The notes below the pieces were generated by a model. The model ran no database searches and had not been told where the DNA came from. It was given only the letters and a program-made list of their open reading frames with translations. From the IMG/VR virus record IMGVR_UViG_3300010399_000003, positions 48,853-112,852 of that record: 64,000 bases of DNA, one strand, 5' to 3'. Shown in pieces: positions 27,449 through 37,821 of this stretch; position 1 is the stretch's first letter, and every line of letters starts with the position of its first letter. The position numbers and the translations under genes are program-made. The stretch is from a virus.

Positions 27449-30400
27449 TTATTTGATCTGCCATTTGTGGAATACCGCGGGATCAATGTACGATTTCAAG
27501 GCTTCCTTCTGAGTGTTGCCAAGCACGAGCGATACCCGATGGCCGACATACTCTGTGCGCTTCTTGTATTCCTTTGGCGTTTTCGGTTTCGGTAGCGTGT
27601 TCGCCACGCGAATCGCTTCGGCCGTGCCGACGTAGGTGCGGAAATCTTTCGGCGTGAATTCCTTCGTGATTGATTTCATGTAGGCGCGGACTCCAGCAGC
27701 ATCCGTATCGAACAGCCGTCCGCCTTTCGCGACTCGCGGTTTCAACATCTTCGCGAGTTCCTTATCCGACACCGTTAATTCGATACGTACACCCTTCTTG
27801 CCGATGAAATCGAAATCCACCCGATCGCCGGTGATCTTCACATGCCGTGCTTCGAGATTCGACGCACCATACGCTTTCTTCTCCGCTCGCGTATCGCCCT
27901 CGCCGCCGATTCGCATGCCGGTGCGTTCGATCAGGAAGAGAGCCGATGACGGTTCGGTTTCCTTCGGGGTCGTTCCGGCCATATCCTTCGCCATCTCAGC
28001 GCGGATACGCGGGAGCTCCTTGCGGAATGCCTTCAGTCGTTCGAACTTTTCCGCTGCGGCCCGTTCGGTATGCTTCGCCGAATAGAGGGATTGACGACGA
28101 CCCTTGGAATCTAAGCCGGTCGCTTGGAGTGGCGCATTCGGATTGTTGCTGATAAAAACGTTCGTCCACGCTGGCGGTATGCGCATCTTTTCCAATCGCT
28201 TCGCATCCCGCTCTGACGGTCGGTGCATCCCGGTCGGAACCATCTTACCCTTCGTCGGCCCTGATCCGCCAACGTGATGGAACCGTCCGGAGTGCCCAAA
28301 GTTTCCACTGCCTTTCCCACCAAGCGTCTGCAATTCTGATTCCTGCAGCGACAAATCCAACACTTGCTTTTCGCCGTCGGCTGGGCTGAACAAGACCTGA
28401 TTGATGACGGCAGTTTTTCCAACAAACTCGGTGTTTCCCGCATAACGCGCACCGAGCCCGGATTTGAGATACGCAATTGTCGCATGCGGATGATATTCCG
28501 GATACGTATCGGTGACGGAAAGTCCCTCGGAGATCAACGCGTTGAGTTCAACGAGCTCCGGGCTGTCGACTTCGACAAACAACACATCGTATTCGTCGCC
28601 CGCAAAGTAGCCCGTCTCACCAAACGTCAACGAGATCGGACCATATCCATCGGTAAATTCTTCCACGTCCGATACGTCGTCGGTATGAAGCCCGTATTTC
28701 ACCGTCACATGCGCATCAGTCTCGCGGCCTTCCTCCGCCAGTTCGGAATCAGGAATCCGGTCGCCTGCCGCGAACAATTGTTCCGCAATTTCCAACGGCA
28801 ACGGTGCCTGCACTGATGAAAACTCGTGCGGTCCGGCCATCGCACTCCGCGGTTCGTAATCCGGCGTCTCAAAATCCGGATCTGTATGAATGACCCGGAT
28901 CCCATCCTCCCCCGGATAGTACAGGTAAATGTTACCGTCGGTATCCGGCGTCAATTTCGAGAGGTGCTCGCCTGACACGTCGACGGCTTTCCCTGTGGAC
29001 GGATAAAACTGGAACTCGAAATCGTCGACGTAGGGATTGAGCGCCGGATTGTCGGGATCACCCTCCTCGCCCGCCAGTTCCGGGTCGTCGGCTGCCACGT
29101 CTTTCAAATTGCTATGAATCACCTGTTGGAAAATGCTACGATCGAAGATCACGCCGCGTCCTTCGGCCGTCGGAGCACCAAACAACGCCGTGCCGCTCTG
29201 CTCCGCTGCATCCAGCAATTGCTGCGTCGTATAACCAACCCCGGTCTCCGGGTCGATGGCGCCACTGCCGCCAGATCCGCCAATCTGACCAGGACGACCT
29301 GCGTGACCATGATCACCAGATCCCTTGCCACCCATTCCTTTGAATTGCGGAAGTTTAATGTTGGTTTTCGAAACGTGCGAAGAAGGAATCGCAGCTTTCG
29401 TGTAGACAACGAGTGCTTTGTCTCCCTTGTTCACATCGCGAACATATTCTTTCGCACCAGCCAACGACATTTCATAACCAGGATTGTACTCATCTTTTAT
29501 GTCAAAAAATTCCGGATCCAATCGAAATTTCAATCCTTTGGTTTTCACCGCGACAACAGCATTTCCTGGCAAGGCAATATCTGACGAATAAATTTCGTCA
29601 GGATCATTCGACAAATGGATCCCACGTGTTTGCCCTTCGAGATTTGAACGATCTTGACGCAACTTCAATCCGTGTTTCAAAATTGATGGTACATTGCGCT
29701 TAATCGTGATGTGATACAACGTATCCGGAATCTTCAGTTCTTTCAGAACATCCGGATGATTCAACAATCGATCCGCTTGCGTATGATAACCAATTGTTGA
29801 ACCACCAACTTTCCCCGGACGACCACCGTGCCCGTAATTGCCAGACCCTTTGCCACCGAGCGTCAGGATCTCATCGATTCGCGCCGAGTCACCGGCTTCG
29901 ACCGCCTCTTCCAACGCACGAAGTGTTGATTGCAACTTGAGCGGATCGGAAACACCGCTGATGTTTTCCAAAATCCGGTCAATCATCTGCACGTCGCCGT
30001 CACTGAGCGACTTCTCCAACGACTTGATGACCGCCTCGAGATCGTCGGTCGGTAACGTGCCTGGCTCCACACCGCTTACCACTGCCGCGATATCGTCGGT
30101 CGGCGGAGGTAATGCACGAGGCGGCACTTCCGAGACCGTTGGTAAGGCACCAGGAGCTCCTTCCGTGCCCGGCGCACCCGGCTTCGCTGGATCGGTGACT
30201 GGCGTACGTTCCTCGGGTGGTAGCGGCTTGAACCCATACCAAACCCTGCGGATCTCATCGTCGGTAAAGATCGTCCGGCCCATGATCTTGTTGACCATGG
30301 CCCATTTCTGTGCACCATCCGCCTTGAAAGATTCGGTATCCAACTCGCTGCCCGGCTTCAAACCAAACCATTTCTGTCGAATCTCGTCGCGGCTGAAGAT

Positions 30401-31711
30401 CGTTTGCTTCGCCGTCGCATTGACACTCGCCCACTGCGATGCACCCGCCGATTTCTCCGTCTCGGTGAGGTTCTGGATGACCGGCCACGCGACATCGTAT
30501 TTCGTCGGCTTCGGCAAGTAACCGTATCGGATGAGTCGATCAACCAATGGCCGAATGATGAACGGCATCGCATAGCTGGTTCGCCGATCATTCACCTGCG
30601 TGTTCCAATTGTCGGCGTCCTGTCCGGATGCGAGCTGCCCCATTTCCGACCCAATCAGGATCCGTTTCGGAATGCCTTTCGAACCTGCGATTTGCGTCAG
30701 GATAGCATCGGCCGGCGGACCGAAATTTGCCGTATCGCTCCCCAGAGGCGTGACAGTGACTCCGCGCGTGCGTAACCACCGCGTGATACCGTTGGCATAT
30801 TCCTCCGACTGCGTGCGCAAATTCTCGATCGCCGCCTTGGCATCTGGCAACGCCATATCCTTCGCGATATCCAGGTGCATACCCTGATTCGCGCGCAGGA
30901 AAAAGGCCTCGGCTCCGCCACCAGTCACCTTGTCGAGGTCATCCAGCAGATTCCAGACCGACTCCAACGTCGGCGTGCCGTAGACGTCATCGTTCAAACA
31001 GCCTTCGGCTACATGAATGATTCGAGACCAATGAATTTTCTTCTGCAAATCTGGAGAAGACAGTTCCGTCCGTTTGAGCTGATACCACAGTGGCAATCCA
31101 AATCGCGCACTGCGGATATTGGTCTCAAATTCGAGAATCGAACAGTCGGCGTCCCACATCGGACCACGCAGCCGCGTGTTCGCACCGCCCGGTCCGCCAC
31201 CACCGCTGAACGGACTCAGGTACAACAACGATTTTGCCGTCTCGTCGCCACGTGGTAATTCGGTATCCAGTGCGCCAGGCGCACCAATCAGCAACACCGC
31301 ATACGTGCTGAGCCCCGCGAGGATATCCACTCGTTGCAGCGTCGCCCAGATCTTCAGTCTGAGTTCGAGATCCAACCACGCCTGCTCGAATTCGGTGATG
31401 TTCGTCGGATCTTCGTCCTCGTACAGCTTGATCCCGCCCCGCCAAGTGGCTTTCGGGTAGGCTTCGACGATGCGCTTGGCCAACCCACCACGACGGTAGC
31501 GTTCCTCATAGTCCGAATATCCAAGTACGCGATCATAGCCGAAGATCTCGTAGAGGTCCCTCGCCCCTCTAAACGAGATCCCGGCCTGCCGCATGAACTG
31601 GAGCCGATCAAGCAAGACGCTGGCAGCAGCCCGAATTTCCATGACCTCCGTCACGCCATCCATCGGCGGAATATCGTGGAGTTCATGGCCGTTCCCAGTT
31701 TCTGGCATCAT
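27449..31711 (-). CDS. Portal protein fused to cargo domains (DarT-like ADP-ribosyltransferase, 2H phosphoesterase, topoisomerase IB); three linker motifs
   Basis: 1420 aa. Portal-like N-terminus. LYHITIKRNVPSILKHGL (DarT/DUF4433-like). HVTVKYG...HATIAYL (2H). C-terminal IPPAWT...FTPKDFRTY...LGNTQKEALKSYIDP (Topo IB). Confidence 0.6.
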   Translation of the reverse strand: MMPETGNGHELHDIPPMDGVTEVMEIRAAASVLLDRLQFMRQAGISFRGARDLYEIFGYDRVLGYSDYEERYRRGGLAKRIVEAYPKATWRGGIKLYEDEDPTNITEFEQAWLDLELRLKIWATLQRVDILAGLSTYAVLLIGAPGALDTELPRGDETAKSLLYLSPFSGGGGPGGANTRLRGPMWDADCSILEFETNIRSARFGLPLWYQLKRTELSSPDLQKKIHWSRIIHVAEGCLNDDVYGTPTLESVWNLLDDLDKVTGGGAEAFFLRANQGMHLDIAKDMALPDAKAAIENLRTQSEEYANGITRWLRTRGVTVTPLGSDTANFGPPADAILTQIAGSKGIPKRILIGSEMGQLASGQDADNWNTQVNDRRTSYAMPFIIRPLVDRLIRYGYLPKPTKYDVAWPVIQNLTETEKSAGASQWASVNATAKQTIFSRDEIRQKWFGLKPGSELDTESFKADGAQKWAMVNKIMGRTIFTDDEIRRVWYGFKPLPPEERTPVTDPAKPGAPGTEGAPGALPTVSEVPPRALPPPTDDIAAVVSGVEPGTLPTDDLEAVIKSLEKSLSDGDVQMIDRILENISGVSDPLKLQSTLRALEEAVEAGDSARIDEILTLGGKGSGNYGHGGRPGKVGGSTIGYHTQADRLLNHPDVLKELKIPDTLYHITIKRNVPSILKHGLKLRQDRSNLEGQTRGIHLSNDPDEIYSSDIALPGNAVVAVKTKGLKFRLDPEFFDIKDEYNPGYEMSLAGAKEYVRDVNKGDKALVVYTKAAIPSSHVSKTNIKLPQFKGMGGKGSGDHGHAGRPGQIGGSGGSGAIDPETGVGYTTQQLLDAAEQSGTALFGAPTAEGRGVIFDRSIFQQVIHSNLKDVAADDPELAGEEGDPDNPALNPYVDDFEFQFYPSTGKAVDVSGEHLSKLTPDTDGNIYLYYPGEDGIRVIHTDPDFETPDYEPRSAMAGPHEFSSVQAPLPLEIAEQLFAAGDRIPDSELAEEGRETDAHVTVKYGLHTDDVSDVEEFTDGYGPISLTFGETGYFAGDEYDVLFVEVDSPELVELNALISEGLSVTDTYPEYHPHATIAYLKSGLGARYAGNTEFVGKTAVINQVLFSPADGEKQVLDLSLQESELQTLGGKGSGNFGHSGRFHHVGGSGPTKGKMVPTGMHRPSERDAKRLEKMRIPPAWTNVFISNNPNAPLQATGLDSKGRRQSLYSAKHTERAAAEKFERLKAFRKELPRIRAEMAKDMAGTTPKETEPSSALFLIERTGMRIGGEGDTRAEKKAYGASNLEARHVKITGDRVDFDFIGKKGVRIELTVSDKELAKMLKPRVAKGGRLFDTDAAGVRAYMKSITKEFTPKDFRTYVGTAEAIRVANTLPKPKTPKEYKKRTEYVGHRVSLVLGNTQKEALKSYIDPAVFHKWQIK
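28258..28325 (-). repeat. Linker motif, copy 6 (GGKGSGNFGHSGRFHHVGGS; degenerate)
   Basis: Checked by direct translation. Confidence 0.75.
29281..29340 (-). repeat. Linker motif, copy 7 (GGKGSGDHGHAGRPGQIGGS)
   Basis: Checked by direct translation. Confidence 0.8.
29801..29860 (-). repeat. Linker motif, copy 8 (GGKGSGNYGHGGRPGKVGGS)
   Basis: Checked by direct translation. Confidence 0.8.
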
Positions 31712-31724
31712 CGTCAGACTCTTT

Positions 31725-32009
31725 CTATGTCGCTTGTTTCACTGGCCACGACCAATTGCGCATGCCGTCGCCCTCGCCGACCGACGTCACCCACAACGAA
31801 TCGTTGCCATCCAGGAAGACTTGCCCGTTGACCGAGCCGCCTCCCCAGACGCGGACCACGAGCATCGGCAGCACATCGCCGGCCTGCGCGATGTTGCCCA
31901 TGTGTGCGTCTTTCAGAGTCAGCTGTGTCGTAGACCGCCATCGATTGATGTTCTCAGCATCCTCCGACGACAGCCTGTAGTGTACGATCCGTCCAATCGT
32001 GATCTGCAT
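31725..32009 (-). CDS. Hypothetical protein
   Basis: 94 aa. Confidence 0.3.
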   Translation of the reverse strand: MQITIGRIVHYRLSSEDAENINRWRSTTQLTLKDAHMGNIAQAGDVLPMLVVRVWGGGSVNGQVFLDGNDSLWVTSVGEGDGMRNWSWPVKQAT

Positions 32010-32152
32010 GCTTCCTCAGTGCGACGGCGGCGGACTTGGCGGCGACGACGGCACACTCGGCGCTGGAGATGGCGGCGCGCTCGGAGCACTCGGAGCCGGA
32101 CTCGGTGTCGGGGACGGTGGAGAAGTCGGTGCGGGATTCGGGGACTGAGCCA

Positions 32153-32710
32153 TTACGGTTTCTCCTTCTTCTTGTCGGGTTTGGGTCGTCGATCGCTTTC
32201 CTTCGGCGGTTCGAAACTGCGCGCTTGCGGAATAGTCAGCAGCGTCTCCACCGCCTGGTGAATATCTTCCTCACGCACCGCGGGCATCGGTGATTCCGCA
32301 GGTGGCGGCGCGATGTTGGCATCTTCGGGCCGGACTGCCGGAGCCACGGTCGTCTTCCCATCGGTCACGGCCTCGGCCGTGCGGATCGCGGTGATCACAT
32401 TCGTGAGAGTCACGACTGTTTTCTGCAACGATTCAATTTGCAGTAACGCCCGCTGCAAATCCTCGGTCAACCGAGTCAGGTGACCATTCGTCTGTATCGC
32501 AATCTTGTTGGTGGTATCCCGCAATTCGTCGGCGCGACCCGCCGCGGTTTCGGCCTTCGTCGCCGCATCTTTCGCATGATCCGCCACCTCATTCAAGTCC
32601 TTCGAATTCCGTCGACTCTGTATTAAGGATGCCAACGCCACAATAGTCGGTGGAGTCGCCGTGCAAATCGCAGTCACCACAATCGCTGTAGTCGTCATCG
32701 GTTCAGGCAT
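32153..32710 (-). CDS. Membrane-anchored coiled-coil protein
   Basis: N-terminal TM (AIVVTAICTATPPTIVALASLI), then a coiled coil, then a basic tail. Confidence 0.35.
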   Translation of the reverse strand: MPEPMTTTAIVVTAICTATPPTIVALASLIQSRRNSKDLNEVADHAKDAATKAETAAGRADELRDTTNKIAIQTNGHLTRLTEDLQRALLQIESLQKTVVTLTNVITAIRTAEAVTDGKTTVAPAVRPEDANIAPPPAESPMPAVREEDIHQAVETLLTIPQARSFEPPKESDRRPKPDKKKEKP

Positions 32711-32890
32711 CGCGTCCGCCTATTCGCATCATCTGGCAATACGCCTCATACGCCTTCGGGGACAAGTCACGCAACTCATCCTCCAACTTTCGGACCACCG
32801 ATTGAAGTCGTTCCACCTCCAATTGTAACTGCTGCACTTTCTCATCCACCTGCCGCAGACTTGTCACCACCAGCATGTTGTCTTGCTCCA

Positions 32891-33331
32891 CTAGACCGTC
32901 TGCACCACACCATTCACCACGAACCCATGCCACCCGCACCCACCACGATCAGGGTTGCGGAGGATACTCGGCGTCAACGACAGCGTGTCGAAAGTCTCGC
33001 CGGTGCGTTGCCACTCGGCGTGCTGCGGATCGAGCGAGGGACCACCATCGAGTGGATTGGAGAACGCGACGAAAATACGCAAGGAGAAGTCCAGATCCGG
33101 GTTGCCAGATCGTTTCGGCGTGCAGACCGCACACGGACAGAGGAACGAGATACCGATCCCATGCCGCGCCGGTGCCGGCACCAAGAGATACCCGCGCCCT
33201 TCGCACTCTGAGCACTGCAGACTCGGTGCCTTCGGGTCGCATTTAGAGCAATCCGCCCCGCGATTGAAGATGCCTGGCCCACCGGCACCCACCCAGCGCG
33301 GATCCAACGACGTGAGCGGCACATCAGCCAT
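32891..33331 (-). CDS. Cys-rich hypothetical protein
   Basis: CSKCDPK...CSECEGRG...CPCAVC. Confidence 0.3.
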   Translation of the reverse strand: MADVPLTSLDPRWVGAGGPGIFNRGADCSKCDPKAPSLQCSECEGRGYLLVPAPARHGIGISFLCPCAVCTPKRSGNPDLDFSLRIFVAFSNPLDGGPSLDPQHAEWQRTGETFDTLSLTPSILRNPDRGGCGWHGFVVNGVVQTV

Positions 33332-33748
33332 TTATTGATCGAAGCACCGGCTCCGCTCCTCGTCGCTCTTCATGATCGATGAACACATCCGTTGCAGCAT
33401 GCGATGATTGGATTCCGTCAATTCCCTGTTGCTTTCGGCCACCGACGATAACCTCTCAATTGCCAGACGAAGATCACGCACCTCTTGCTGCAGCGCAGGC
33501 ATACTCTGTGCGCCCACGTATACCAGAAAGAAGGCAATAGTCCCCGGAATCCCCACCATGGCCATCATGCGTGCCCACAGCGGCAGATTGCGATCCTGCA
33601 CATCCCGTCGATCAGTGACCGCACGCGACCGTCGCTCGGGTCCCCGATATCGAGCAGTTGATACCATGCCGGAATCCAATCCACTCACTTCGCCTTCTTG
33701 ACCGTAATACTCGCGGAGTCTCGAATTGAACGATAGAATTCGCGCCAC
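33332..33748 (-). CDS. Small membrane protein
   Basis: One TM helix (IPGTIAFFLVYVGAQS). Confidence 0.3.
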   Translation of the reverse strand: MARILSFNSRLREYYGQEGEVSGLDSGMVSTARYRGPERRSRAVTDRRDVQDRNLPLWARMMAMVGIPGTIAFFLVYVGAQSMPALQQEVRDLRLAIERLSSVAESNRELTESNHRMLQRMCSSIMKSDEERSRCFDQ

Positions 33749-34572
33749 AGACGATTTGAGGTAGTCCGATTATAGTTCGCGCCGTCGAGGAATGCCAGGA
33801 ACGCTCGCCGGAGATCGTTGACGGGGAGACGAATGAACCGAATCGAGCGTGCCTGGCCCATCGCCTAGAAATGTCCCTTTGTCCGCACTCCGCCTCCCGA
33901 TCGATTCATGTCGTCGACCACTTCATGCGGCGAGCCCGGCCAGTGTGTGAAAATCGCTGATTCGACATTCATGCCCTTGAGCTTGAGCTCCTGCACGAAA
34001 TCGTAGGCTAGGCAATCAGGGCAATCCAGTCGTTTGCACCGACCGTAGAGTTCCCCACCTTCTTTGGCCTTGCGCTCACATCCATGCCCGCCTTGCGCCG
34101 TGATTGAGATATTGAACTGACCCATCTGACACCTCCGAGATTCTGACATTTCCGACTTGACGTGCGTTCTTCGAAGAGCGGCTCATGATTTCTGCAAGGT
34201 GCGAAGCCCGTCCCGGATTTCTGCGTGAATGTGATCACTCAGTTGCTGAACATCGTTCTCAGTGATATGTTCGAGCAGCGCGTCCCTGGCGGCACGGAGA
34301 CCGTGCACGATTGCCGGATTGCACGCGGCGGTCAGGGCATCGTCCCAGACACACGCTGGGAGAGCACCGAGCTCACATGCCAGACTTTCGAGAATGAAGC
34401 GTGCGGCTTCTGAGTCAAGCATGGCGGGTCTCGATGATCTCCGGTGCGCGATCCGCACCGCGCGAGGTGAGGCCCAGGACGAGCGGGTCATGACCCGATG
34501 TACGCGTGAACGGGGAGAGCACCCACGGATTCCGCGTCCCGTCTCCCTCTCCCCGACGAGCGATGTACGAAT

Positions 34573-36183
34573 TCACCATGATACGAACGCATCCTCCTGC
34601 TCAGGAGGCAGTGGTGCATACGCAATGAGCAGGGAATCCGCACGATTGGGCGAAGGCCCATCGCCATACTTCACAACAGTCTGTCCTTTGCTGTTAGGCT
34701 CCCACCTGATAGTGAGCAGCTGCTCTGCCAGCTCAGGGTCCTCATGCTCTGGTGCTATGTCGATAGCACCCTCTTCGAAGATAGTGCGTATGGACCACCA
34801 TATCTGACTAAGCATATTCGCAAACACTTCCCTCAGTGCTCGACTCCCGCACTTAGGGCAGTACTTGTCGAATGTGACGATGGTCTTGTCCCACTCGTGG
34901 TGACATGCAAGGCAGCCAAGAACAGTGCTCTTCTGATTCACCTGTATGGGGTGTATGGGCAGCTCGAGTTCCTTGCCTCTATCGACCACTCCACGCCCCA
35001 CCCCAATGTAGTCCACCTTGGCCAGCGTAGCACCATATCGGGAGTCCTGCAATGTTTGTATCAGCTTGCCCGTAGTCTTCATGGTGTCGGGCTGGCGCTC
35101 TTCGTACAGAATGCGAAAGACTCGCCCTCTACGCCACCCGCAGCATGAGGGGTCTCCTCCCTCAGAGGCACCTACGTCAAGACTTAATTCAATCGGCTCT
35201 CCTGCAGGTAGGCGGCGCTCCTGTGCTGCCCGGATCCACGTCAGCGGAATGAGCGAACCAGTGGAGTTCTGTACAGGGAATTGACCGAGAATCTTGGATT
35301 GCCAGAATGGATGAGTGTCCTCCAGCTTTCCGTCTGGAGGAGGGAAGCATCTGTTCAGCGCAATGCGTCCCTGGCCAAGACACATTTCGCAGATCGCTGA
35401 ATTCTCGCCTCCGCAGCTGGGGCACTCCTGTCCCCATGACCACGTCGGTGCCCATTTCTTTCGCTTTTCTTCGACGTAGGTTTTGCCGATGAGCTGATCG
35501 AGAACTCGCTTCGGCATTTCTTCGCCGGTGAAATTCGGCGAATCAAAAGCACTGATGCTGATGCTGTGCCAACTGGAATTCGGCTTGCAATTTTCGAAGA
35601 ACTCGCCACTCGGATCGTCCGGGTTGCCGATTGCAAGCATCTTCGAATTGTCGTTCGCGATCAGCGAGTCGGCTGCTTCCCACAGATTTCCGCGGATACC
35701 GTTGGCCTCATCAAAAATCACGAGGACGTATGGCGCATGAATTCCCTGAAATGCGGCAGGATCATACTCGTCTGGCTTTCGTCCAAATCCGACGAGCTCA
35801 TCTCGAGTCCCGACTCGCATCAACCACTCAGTCTGATTGACACGTCCCGGCAATCCTCCTCGCGCATGGACTCGTCCAATTTCACGCCAAAGAATTGCCC
35901 GGACCTGTGAACCAGTGGGTGCTGACGTCACGACGAAGGCGTCGCCCGGAGTGTGGGAGTCAAGCCACCACCCAACGAGCAACGCCGCGTCGTAAGACTT
36001 CCCGATTTCGTGACAGGACATGACGTTGACGCGCCGATGCGTCGCCAACGCTGCGTTGATCTTCTGTTGACCAGTCCAGAGGGTATCGCCGAGTCGCGCC
36101 TTCGCCCACGCGTTCGGATCCACACGGAACCGACGCTTGGTGAATTCAGCTTCGATAGCTGCTAATTCGGCGACGAGGTCCAT
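34573..36183 (-). CDS. Terminase large subunit
   Basis: ATPase motifs (...MSCHEIGKS..., VLVIFDEANGI) plus a nuclease-like C-terminus with zinc-ribbon insertions. Confidence 0.7.
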   Translation of the reverse strand: MDLVAELAAIEAEFTKRRFRVDPNAWAKARLGDTLWTGQQKINAALATHRRVNVMSCHEIGKSYDAALLVGWWLDSHTPGDAFVVTSAPTGSQVRAILWREIGRVHARGGLPGRVNQTEWLMRVGTRDELVGFGRKPDEYDPAAFQGIHAPYVLVIFDEANGIRGNLWEAADSLIANDNSKMLAIGNPDDPSGEFFENCKPNSSWHSISISAFDSPNFTGEEMPKRVLDQLIGKTYVEEKRKKWAPTWSWGQECPSCGGENSAICEMCLGQGRIALNRCFPPPDGKLEDTHPFWQSKILGQFPVQNSTGSLIPLTWIRAAQERRLPAGEPIELSLDVGASEGGDPSCCGWRRGRVFRILYEERQPDTMKTTGKLIQTLQDSRYGATLAKVDYIGVGRGVVDRGKELELPIHPIQVNQKSTVLGCLACHHEWDKTIVTFDKYCPKCGSRALREVFANMLSQIWWSIRTIFEEGAIDIAPEHEDPELAEQLLTIRWEPNSKGQTVVKYGDGPSPNRADSLLIAYAPLPPEQEDAFVSW

Positions 36184-36389
36184 CGGACCTAGCGACGATT
36201 GTCTCGCTCGCCGTGGCTCGCTCCGGCATCCGGAGCTTTCGCTGGATCATCCTTCGTCCCGGTGCCCGCTCCGCCCGGTGCGGGATGCGTGCGGCTATCG
36301 CCGGGATCTTTCGGTGGGCTCGGGTCGCCGGGTCTCGAGGATTTGTCAGTGCGGGGATCGTCGCCAGTGCTGCCCATTGGTTCCTCCTG

Positions 36390-36878
36390 TTATGCTGTCT
36401 TCTTCACGAGTCGCGGTGGCGTCAGTTCTTCCGCGCGAGTCAACGCATCTTTCTGCGGAGTCACGTCGATAGTGTTCGCCGATCGCTGCTCTTCAATCGC
36501 AGCAGCCAGGATTCGCGCACGATGTGCGAGTTCTTCGTCAGACAAATTGCCAAGATCGGGTGGACCCTCGCTGATCTGGATGCGCTCAGTGGGTTTGCCG
36601 AGCCACCAGTGCATGATCGTGACGGCGATGGCGGGTGGGCATTCACCAGCAATGAATTGCCGTCTGATAGCTGCAGCGAATTCTCGCATCTCCGGTGAAC
36701 CAGGCTCACCAACCACCATCTCGACGAATTCTCTGCGCTGATATGTAAGGTTGTTCTTGCGACCCGGAGTCCGACCTATCTTCCACGACTCGCCAAGATT
36801 TGGACGACGAGGATCGATTTCTACATCCCGAGTCTCGATTGACTCAGCTGTATTTTCTGCATCCATACAACAGACCAA
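36390..36878 (-). CDS. Hypothetical protein (possible terminase small subunit, by position)
   Basis: 162 aa, just upstream of the large terminase gene. Confidence 0.3.
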   Translation of the reverse strand: MVCCMDAENTAESIETRDVEIDPRRPNLGESWKIGRTPGRKNNLTYQRREFVEMVVGEPGSPEMREFAAAIRRQFIAGECPPAIAVTIMHWWLGKPTERIQISEGPPDLGNLSDEELAHRARILAAAIEEQRSANTIDVTPQKDALTRAEELTPPRLVKKTA

Positions 36879-36993
36879 GATTCATGATAGGAAAAATCTC
36901 GCCCAACGCGCCGAGGATAGCTTGCTCGTGGTCGGCCTGTAAAGGTCGTTTCTATCGGTTGGGTTTAAGAGAACTTCTGGAGGGTTAAGAATT

Positions 36994-37335
36994 CTATTCT
37001 TGCGAGTCTATCGGAACCTCTACAATTGATCGTTCGAGTCCACCTGCCCTCTTTCGTTCCTCACGTCGGAAGAGCTCTTCGACCACCTCAACAATTTCAC
37101 GCTCGGTGTACCCTTCCCCGCGTAATTTCTTCAAGTCTTCCGGATGAATCAACACTATCGGTTTTCCATCGCTGTACTCCGTGGCTGCCAGACGGTATGC
37201 TACACCTCGATTCACGTATTCAGATTCCTTCAAGACAGGCACCACCGGAAGCGGCGGAAAGAGTTCCATCAATCGCCGAAGGTCTGCCAGAATATCTTCA
37301 CTCTTCATGGCTATTCCCCAACAAATGCCGCACAC
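36994..37335 (-). CDS. Hypothetical small protein
   Basis: 113 aa. Confidence 0.3.
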   Translation of the reverse strand: MCGICWGIAMKSEDILADLRRLMELFPPLPVVPVLKESEYVNRGVAYRLAATEYSDGKPIVLIHPEDLKKLRGEGYTEREIVEVVEELFRREERKRAGGLERSIVEVPIDSQE

Positions 37336-37821
37336 TCAAAATCACACCATCGTACGAATCACAGCACATCTTCATGCGAACCAGCGCAGTCTGATGATCG
37401 AGAAACTGTTTCTTGTTCAGCAGCTGAAACGGCAGGTGCTGCATGCGTTGATAGATTTCCCGGAGCGATGCTTGCAACTCCAACAGATCATCCAGAAATT
37501 TCTTTTGCTTTTCTTTCATTTCCATCGGTCTCCTCCTGATCATGGCCACCGAAGTGACCGAGGGGTTTCTGTGGTTTTGCCCGCGTCCCGCGGCTCGCGT
37601 TTCGAGATTCGTGATGCGTCAGCTCGCACTCCGGTTTTCCCTGGGAAGGTATAACGCTGTTTGTTAGTACCCTAAACGTTTTACAATATTTTTCTTAGGC
37701 GCATAGGTTAATAGAAACAATAAAAACCCCCGAGTGAAACTCATCCCCTTCATTCTAAAGGGTTTACAGAAATTGTTTCTTCTAGCTCCTCCAAATAACC
37801 AGGGAGAACCGGAGCTATTTC

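Noticed and set aside
20278-29860. The eight dispersed roughly 60-nt repeats could be read as a CRISPR-like or mobile-element repeat array
   Set aside because: The copies are in-frame and conserved at the protein level. They are irregularly spaced (0.4-2.6 kb), lie within coding sequence and have no spacer-like architecture. They are not a CRISPR array or a set of terminal inverted repeats.
32010-32153. 47-aa Pro/Ser-rich minus-strand ORF (MAQSPNPAPTSPPSPTPS...) with TAATG coupling to the upstream membrane protein
   Set aside because: It is too short and too low in complexity to call confidently. It could be a real proline-rich tail or linker, or a chance open frame in GC-rich DNA.
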